Below, piece after piece: positions 58,324 to 64,000 of a stretch of DNA of 64,000 nucleotides. A program made the translations under genes and the position numbers. The DNA comes from Thermodesulfobacteriota bacterium (GTDB lineage Bacteria > Desulfobacterota_D > UBA1144 > Nemesobacterales > Nemesobacteraceae). Numbering within the stretch: position 1 is the stretch's first letter; each line of letters opens with the position of its first letter. Where the stretch lies: assembly GCA_965208155.1 (NCBI GenBank), contig OZ242322.1, positions 1,153,732-1,217,731 on the forward strand, written 5' to 3'. The notes beneath the pieces are model-generated. The model was given only the letters and a program-made list of their open reading frames with translations. It ran no database searches and had not been told where the DNA came from.

Positions 58324-59672
58324 CAGCTCTTTATCTCCGGGAACCGTATTTCCTCACACGGCGCGACGTCAAGCGTTCTGCCCCTGTATATGCCGTCGAA
58401 GGTAAAGGCGAAAAACTCCCTTCTCGGAAGCCTCATGAAACTCTCGGGCGGAACCCTGCTCTCCTCCATCTCCCGGACGCTGAGACCCCCGCCGAGGCTC
58501 ATTATGGGGGAGAACCTTTTTCTCATCCCCGCAAGCCGCGAAGCCCACGCGGCAGTGTCGGGGTCGTTTACTCGGAAGATAACCTTGGTGTTCGTGTTGT
58601 CGAGGATCTTTCCCGCGTACGCCGGGCCGAGTTCGGCGACCAGGTCCTGGCGGCTCTGGGTCAGCATGTGAAGCCACACCCCCGCTCCTCCCGCCTTGTT
58701 GAAAAGATCGTCTATTCCGAAGTAAAGAACGTTTGACGCCTCATCGGCGTAAACGGCAAGCGGCGGGTCGATCCTGCGGTGAGAGGCAAGCACCCTGCCG
58801 ACGAAGCTTTGTACCATGGAGAGCAGCACCCGCGCCATTATGTGGGCAGTTTTCCTGGTGAGAAGCGATCCCGTCTGCACAACGAGTATCACCCTCTCTC
58901 CCGCCTCGAGGCGCTCAACAAATCGGTTCGCGGTGTCTTTTCCGATGATTTCTCCGACGGAGCCCGAAGAAAGCGACGTTATAACGGTGCGGAGGCTTGA
59001 GGAAACCTTGGAGAAATAGTCCTGGGGAGAGGAGAGTATCTGGTCTAGGTTCGTCAGGATCTCCTCCGCTTCGGGCCCCTCTATCTCGGCTACCTGGGCG
59101 CGGAGGCCTTCAAGCTCCTTGTAGCCCATGTTCTCCTTTATTTTTTTGAACGTGAAGGTGGGCCGCTCCCCGAGAGATTTCGCGATCAGCATGAGCGACT
59201 GCACCACAACAAGCGTCACCTCGTAGGCTATGTTCGAGTAGAATTCCTCGCGGGTCCTTACGCCCGAGACCACGTGGTTAACGATCTCCTCGGGCATGAA
59301 GTAGTGGGAGAGGGGATCCATCCTGACCGAGTAGCGGGGATGGACGGGGGAGAAGAAGATAAGATCGTCCTCCCGTCCCGCCCCGCGGGCCGCCGTGACT
59401 ATCTTTGAGAAAATGGCGTTATCCCCCTTGGGGTCTATCCAGAGGATGCTTCGCCCAGCGTGTATGTCGTGCTCTATCATGGCTTCCGCGAGGCGGGTCT
59501 TTCCGCTTCGCGTTGCGCCCATGGTGAATATGTGCCCCTCGCGGTCCGCGTCGGGAACGGTTATCGGCGCGGGTTTCGCTTCGGGGTCCGAGTCAAGCGC
59601 CGTGCCCTCTCCCAATGCGCACCCCGCGGGCGCGGGAATATCTCTCGGCTTTCTTGCGCGAAGTCCTATCAA
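58323..59672 (-). CDS. traD: Type IV coupling protein (TraD/VirD4 family), soluble form lacking N-terminal TM
   Basis: GATRSGKT Walker A; DEASN Walker B-like; 449 aa. Confidence 0.8.
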   Translation of the reverse strand: MIGLRARKPRDIPAPAGCALGEGTALDSDPEAKPAPITVPDADREGHIFTMGATRSGKTRLAEAMIEHDIHAGRSILWIDPKGDNAIFSKIVTAARGAGREDDLIFFSPVHPRYSVRMDPLSHYFMPEEIVNHVVSGVRTREEFYSNIAYEVTLVVVQSLMLIAKSLGERPTFTFKKIKENMGYKELEGLRAQVAEIEGPEAEEILTNLDQILSSPQDYFSKVSSSLRTVITSLSSGSVGEIIGKDTANRFVERLEAGERVILVVQTGSLLTRKTAHIMARVLLSMVQSFVGRVLASHRRIDPPLAVYADEASNVLYFGIDDLFNKAGGAGVWLHMLTQSRQDLVAELGPAYAGKILDNTNTKVIFRVNDPDTAAWASRLAGMRKRFSPIMSLGGGLSVREMEESRVPPESFMRLPRREFFAFTFDGIYRGRTLDVAPCEEIRFPEIKS

Positions 59673-59878
59673 GAGGCCCCTCTCCCGGGTTTTTTATTTG
59701 CTTTTTCTGCTTGCATCTGTTTCCTCTTTGTGCCCGTTTTTTGCTATCTGAAATACAATGTATTACAATTAAGAGCAAATGTCTAGCATTTTTTCGGGAA
59801 ATTTTTTGGGACGGCAGGTCCGGCGGATTCTCCGAGCGGGGAGATCTTCGATTTTTTCCGCCTTATATATGAAGGAGA

Positions 59879-60553
59879 GTGGTTATGAGCGAGGGTCGGG
59901 GAGGTTTCGTTCACGTATCGCCTTCTCCCCACGCGGCGCCGCGGGGAATCATAGACGCGATATCTGAGATACAGCAGTACCACATAATAGAGCGCACGGG
60001 GCAGGACATACCTTCTGATTTCCTGACGATGAGGGGAATGCTCACTTTTTTCATGGTGGGTTTCCGTAGCGGCTTCTGGGAGGGGGCGTTTTTGGGGCTT
60101 CTGCTTCCGCTCGGGTGGGGAGTGTGGGAGGAGGTGATCCCGGCTTTCGGGGGGACGGCTGATCTTTTCGGGAAGTGCCTTATTTTTCTTTTCGGGTGCG
60201 GGATAAGTCTCATGATGACGGTTGTGCTCGGGGGGATACTCGCCGGGTACTACGGGGGAAATCTCACGAGAAAGGCGGTTAACTCGCTTGTGTGGGGCCG
60301 GACGGCAAGTCTTGTGGCGAAGGGGCTTCTGGTATTCTGCGTGTTTAACCTGCTTGTGTTTCTGATGAGTCCCGGGAACGTGTATTTTATCTGCGAGGCG
60401 CTTCGGGGGGTTATCGGGAACCCGGCGTCTTTTTACTGGGGGATAATGGAAATGAAGGAGCCTCTTCGGAAAAGCGCCGCTACGCAGCTTTACCTCTCCC
60501 CCGTGCTTAGCCTCGTACCCTTTGTCACGCTTCGGCTTTTCGGGCGGGGATGA
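59879..60553 (+). CDS. Hypothetical polytopic membrane protein (224 aa)
   Basis: 5-6 predicted TM helices; no motif. Confidence 0.45.
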   Translation: MVMSEGRGGFVHVSPSPHAAPRGIIDAISEIQQYHIIERTGQDIPSDFLTMRGMLTFFMVGFRSGFWEGAFLGLLLPLGWGVWEEVIPAFGGTADLFGKCLIFLFGCGISLMMTVVLGGILAGYYGGNLTRKAVNSLVWGRTASLVAKGLLVFCVFNLLVFLMSPGNVYFICEALRGVIGNPASFYWGIMEMKEPLRKSAATQLYLSPVLSLVPFVTLRLFGRG

Positions 60554-60849
60554 GCGCGTGTCGGGGCGGCCGCTTGCGCCGCTGGTTTCTATATTTTTTG
60601 CGTGGTTTGGGGTTTCGCGCGGCTGTGTGTCGGAGGAATTTTTCTCTTGACATGAGCGCGCTTCTGGGTTAGTGTTAAGAAAGTATTGAGGAGGAGTGTG
60701 ATTTTCCGTTAAGGAAGAAAACGCTTGAAGCCGGATTGTTTTTGTAGTAAACTTGGAACAAGTTTGATTATGCTATAAATCCGTTTTTAGGAATTTGGGG
60801 CGTGATCGTTTATTTTGGAAATATAAATTTTTACAGGAGGTAAGGAGAG

Positions 60850-62331
60850 ATGATTCAAGCCAGATGGCTTATAATATTTTTTGCCGTTCTCGGCATGTCG
60901 GTTCCGTCATTCGCGATAGACTGGTCGCTTGGCGGATTCCCGAGCTACATGAGGACGAGAGCGCGTTTTATTGACAACGCCACTTTGTTGAATGATGGAA
61001 GGATTAGTGTTGTTGACACGACGCTCAGGATTACCCCGCAGCTGGGCCTAAGCGACGCGGTTACGGTGCGTGCCCAGGTTGATGTTGCGAGTAACATGGT
61101 ATGGGGCGGTGTTACCAACGGCTTCTTTGGAGACTATGACAGTGTAGTCCTGTCTGACCTTAGGCCGGATGATCGCTTCAGAGGAGCCATTTTGACCGGT
61201 GATAAAACTTTTGACCAAGATTTCGGATTCTTCAACGTGCGCATGCTTCACGCTGACATAGTTCTTCCGAACAACCTAGGTTTCGTGAGGATAGGGCGCC
61301 AGCCTTTTGACTGGGGTCTTGGAATCCTCGCAAATGGCGGACACGATCCGCATTCTGATCTTGGTTTCGTAGTTGACAGGTTGCTTTGGTTGAAATCTTT
61401 TCCGGCTGGAGCTGGAACCTTCACATTGGTTCTCGTATCTGATGTATTCACCCAGGGCGCTTCTCTGTTTGGTGGAGACACGGGCACAGGTTATGACATA
61501 CTTGCCGCAGCGGGTATCTACAACCAGCAGATGGGAGATGTGAATGTGACCATAGGGGGATATGGATTCCCTTACCTGCATCAAGAGAATATAGCGGGTG
61601 TTTGGGACGTTGATCGCACTGCTCTTTACGCTGGGTTGCTAGTACTTAAGTCCGCTAACTGGAGTTTCACATATGAGGTTCAGATGTTTGGAGGTGGAGA
61701 GGTAGATCTTAACGATGCAGCTGGAACCTCAATTGAGCTTGACTACGCATTTGATATGGCAGCACGCCTTGAGCTTATGCCTTCAATGATGGCCCAGGTA
61801 AGCGCGATAGGTCTGGAAGCTGGTTGGGCGCAGGGAGACGATGGCAGTACTCCTCTTACAGTTGAAGGTAATGCCCTTCCGTTCAGCCCAGCTTATAACG
61901 TAGACAACCTTCTTTTCAAGCATGTCGTTCCGACTCTTTACAACATAGAGGGAAGCGTTATAAACGCCATATATGCCAAGTTGTACGCGAACATGAGGCT
62001 TTCCGATAACCTCGGATTCACTCCTCAGGTTCTTATGGCTTGGAATGATGAGACGAATGCAGTTTCAGCTTTTGACGCTGCCCCCGGTTCATTCGGTTCA
62101 GCCAGTGATGTTGAAAAGTACCTTGGAACCGAGATTGAGGGAACGCTCAGCTGGACTCTTCATCCGGGCGTAAACCTTGACTTTATCGGAAGCTTGGTGC
62201 TTGCCGGAGACGGTCTTAAGGATCTGCTTGAAGCTCACGCAACTGCCAATGGAGTCACTGCTACCGCCGATGACACGATCTGGGCATTCCAGACAAGGCT
62301 GATGGTCTACATTGACCAGTTCATTAAATAG
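60850..62331 (+). CDS. Outer-membrane beta-barrel protein (porin-like)
   Basis: Signal peptide (IFFAVLGMSVPSFA), alternating amphipathic beta-strands, aromatic C-terminal region; AGGAGG RBS. Confidence 0.55.
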   Translation: MIQARWLIIFFAVLGMSVPSFAIDWSLGGFPSYMRTRARFIDNATLLNDGRISVVDTTLRITPQLGLSDAVTVRAQVDVASNMVWGGVTNGFFGDYDSVVLSDLRPDDRFRGAILTGDKTFDQDFGFFNVRMLHADIVLPNNLGFVRIGRQPFDWGLGILANGGHDPHSDLGFVVDRLLWLKSFPAGAGTFTLVLVSDVFTQGASLFGGDTGTGYDILAAAGIYNQQMGDVNVTIGGYGFPYLHQENIAGVWDVDRTALYAGLLVLKSANWSFTYEVQMFGGGEVDLNDAAGTSIELDYAFDMAARLELMPSMMAQVSAIGLEAGWAQGDDGSTPLTVEGNALPFSPAYNVDNLLFKHVVPTLYNIEGSVINAIYAKLYANMRLSDNLGFTPQVLMAWNDETNAVSAFDAAPGSFGSASDVEKYLGTEIEGTLSWTLHPGVNLDFIGSLVLAGDGLKDLLEAHATANGVTATADDTIWAFQTRLMVYIDQFIK

Positions 62332-62367
62332 AAACAAAACCAAATCAAAGCTAACAAAGCTTGAATG

Positions 62368-62402
62368 AAGCGGGCTCCCTCACAAAGGTTGCCCGCTTTT
62401 TT
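62368..62402 (+). terminator. Rho-independent terminator after the OMP gene
   Basis: AAGCGGGC...GCCCGCTT stem followed by T6. Confidence 0.6.
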
Positions 62403-62509
62403 CATGCCCTTTTTGTGGTGAGGGTGGGGTTTTCAGGTGGGGTGAGGCGGGGATTTTCCGACTTTTAGAGATTGTTTTTTCCGGTTCATAAAAAGGATGG
62501 TTCCATGTT

Positions 62510-64000
62510 ATGCAATCACGAGACGGAAGCGCCCAGAATTTCGAACTAACTGAGGATGTCGTTAAACAGGCTTATCTCTATCTCAAGAGTTATGCCTACT
62601 ATGAGAACATCAATTTCTTTCTCAAACAGAAAATCGCCGAGTTTGAATGCGACCCTGAGTTTAACGAACGAATCAAGGAATTGGCCCGCTTGCTTGCCCG
62701 CGGAAGAATTTCGCAAGGGCGCAAATTCAAGGGATGGATTGAGGATGTCAGTTACCGGATATTGCCCAAGTCCGTCAGCCGTCCTGAAGATAAAGACGAT
62801 AACGGCGAGCGAAACGAACTTTTCATAAGCAACGTTACTACCTCGTCCAGCTACCGCGCGGACAAGGTGAACTACTTTATCACCGCCCCCGTCGAGTTGC
62901 ACGTAGTTGAGGTCCTATGGTGTCTGGTTGTCGGCCCGCTTGTGGAAGAGGAACTGAGGGAATGTTGCTTCGGATACCGCATGGATGACATGGCGAAAAA
63001 ATTCTGCTCGCAGCCCGTAGGACGCCAGAATTCCCAGGCTTTGTTCAAACACTATATGCACCAGTACAGCTCGTGGCGCGACCGGGCGCTCGAGATGGCC
63101 AAGGAAATCTCTGAGAGCGGAGAAGACGTGGCTTTGCTGTCCCTTGATCTTAAATTCTACTACTACAACATCGATCTGAATTTCGAGAAGATCAAAGACA
63201 GGGTCAAAGAAGGTTTCCGGAATGACGACCGGCTTCGCGGCATCGCGCTTGCGCTGACTGATTCTCTCGAAAAAATATTCTCCGCCTACCATAAGAAAAC
63301 AGTTCCGCTTTTAAGCTCCACGCATCCAGGATGCGAGGGCAGAACTGGCTTGCCCGTCGGGTTTCTTTCCTCATCTATACTTGGCAACTGGTACCTCGCC
63401 GGGTTTGACAGGGAGATTCTTGAGACCGCCAGACCGGATTACTACGGTCGCTATGTGGACGACATCCTGATGGTGTTCAGAAACCCGGGGACTGATCATG
63501 GAACCGACCCTCCCGTAAAATCCTTTGTCAGAAGATTTCTCGGCGAACAACTTAAAGAGGTGGAGCCTGGGGATGGGGAAAAGGATTCCGCTCCATGTTT
63601 CTATATTAAAGTTGACGATAACCTCCTTCCGGTTCAGCAGGACAAGCTCATACTTTATCTGCTCGACCGGGAACACAGCAGGGCGGTGCTGGAAGTGTTC
63701 CGCCAGGAGCTTCAGGAACGAAGCAGCGCGTTCAGATTTCTGCCGGGCGAGGATGTTGAAAGGGAACTTGACATATTCGCGTACGACATCCTCTACGAGG
63801 GTTCGCATAACAAGCTGCGTAGCATCGTGGGTCTTGCGGAGAATGAAACGGAACTGGCGAGTTATCTCGCAAGGCATATCATTCTGCACAGGCTTTGCGA
63901 AACGGACAAAAAAGATTCGGTGCTCCCGCAGCTCAAGCTCTTCTTTAAGGGAAAAAACGCTCTCCGGTTCAGCCGCCTGTGGGAAAAAGTCTACCAGTAC
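62510..64000 (+). CDS. Reverse transcriptase (5' part, ≥497 codons, no stop before the window end), non-intron, Abi/UG-like
   Basis: RT motif 2 (ITAPVELHVVEVLWCLVVGPL), A (LLSLDLKFYYYNIDL), B (LPVGFLSSSILGNWYLAGFD), C (YGRYVDDILMVF). ~90-aa N-terminal extension and a ~60-aa insert between motifs 2 and A. Not in the ORF track because the frame runs off the window. Confidence 0.8.
   Translation, partial: MQSRDGSAQNFELTEDVVKQAYLYLKSYAYYENINFFLKQKIAEFECDPEFNERIKELARLLARGRISQGRKFKGWIEDVSYRILPKSVSRPEDKDDNGERNELFISNVTTSSSYRADKVNYFITAPVELHVVEVLWCLVVGPLVEEELRECCFGYRMDDMAKKFCSQPVGRQNSQALFKHYMHQYSSWRDRALEMAKEISESGEDVALLSLDLKFYYYNIDLNFEKIKDRVKEGFRNDDRLRGIALALTDSLEKIFSAYHKKTVPLLSSTHPGCEGRTGLPVGFLSSSILGNWYLAGFDREILETARPDYYGRYVDDILMVFRNPGTDHGTDPPVKSFVRRFLGEQLKEVEPGDGEKDSAPCFYIKVDDNLLPVQQDKLILYLLDREHSRAVLEVFRQELQERSSAFRFLPGEDVERELDIFAYDILYEGSHNKLRSIVGLAENETELASYLARHIILHRLCETDKKDSVLPQLKLFFKGKNALRFSRLWEKVYQY

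Noticed and set aside
62546-63889. Three minus-strand ORFs (118, 125, 172 aa) listed in the track
   Set aside because: They are antisense to the plus-strand frame that carries unmistakable RT motifs 2/A/B/C. That RT frame is absent from the track only because it lacks a stop inside the window.

Overview
64-kb mosaic window. No rRNA, tRNA or CRISPR array was seen. All coordinates and calls below come from reading the sequence and ORF track by eye; GC statements are by-eye estimates.

(1) 1–8.1 kb, accessory stretch: a 2-TM SLATT-like protein cut by the window edge, a degraded AlbA_2/Schlafen-type regulator, an MNT/HEPN (HI0073/HI0074) pair, a frameshifted MazE-like antitoxin, and an IS1634-like IS with 21-bp inverted repeats lying against the 5' end of an OLD/AAA_15-type ABC ATPase plus a small overlapping partner gene.

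(2) 8.5–21.2 kb, housekeeping block: a CIRCE-like operator followed by groES-groEL, SCO1 and PCu(A)C copper chaperones, bactofilin with an M23 peptidase, a VKOR-thioredoxin fusion, PAP2, two glycosyltransferases and a DapL-like aminotransferase. This block is interrupted by a TnpB-only IS200/605-type element with terminal inverted repeats and by decayed higBA and vapBC-like modules.

(3) 21.4–26.6 kb: two paralogous COG1373 (AAA+ with DUF4143) ATPases flank an IS that encodes a zinc-ribbon transposase.

(4) 26.7–59.7 kb, minus strand: an F-like conjugative type IV secretion/transfer operon in near-canonical F gene order (T4CP, HD-domain relaxase candidate, traY-like, traA, traL, E, K, B, V, C, trbI, S26 peptidase, traW || traU, trbC, traN, traF/trbB, traH, traG). 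It is split between traW and traU by a ~14.4-kb insertion. The insertion carries GC-rich hipBA (35.0–36.6 kb) and a lower-GC defence-like island (36.6–49.0 kb). The island holds AbiEi/AbiEii, an AAA_15 ATPase interrupted by an IS4-family IS with a 9-bp TSD, a DUF1828/1829 gene, a lone AAA_21 ATPase, and a Dam MTase / ParB-like / putative-nuclease operon directly downstream of traW.

(5) 59.9–64 kb: a membrane protein, an outer-membrane beta-barrel, a terminator, and the 5' ~500 codons of a reverse transcriptase that runs off the window.
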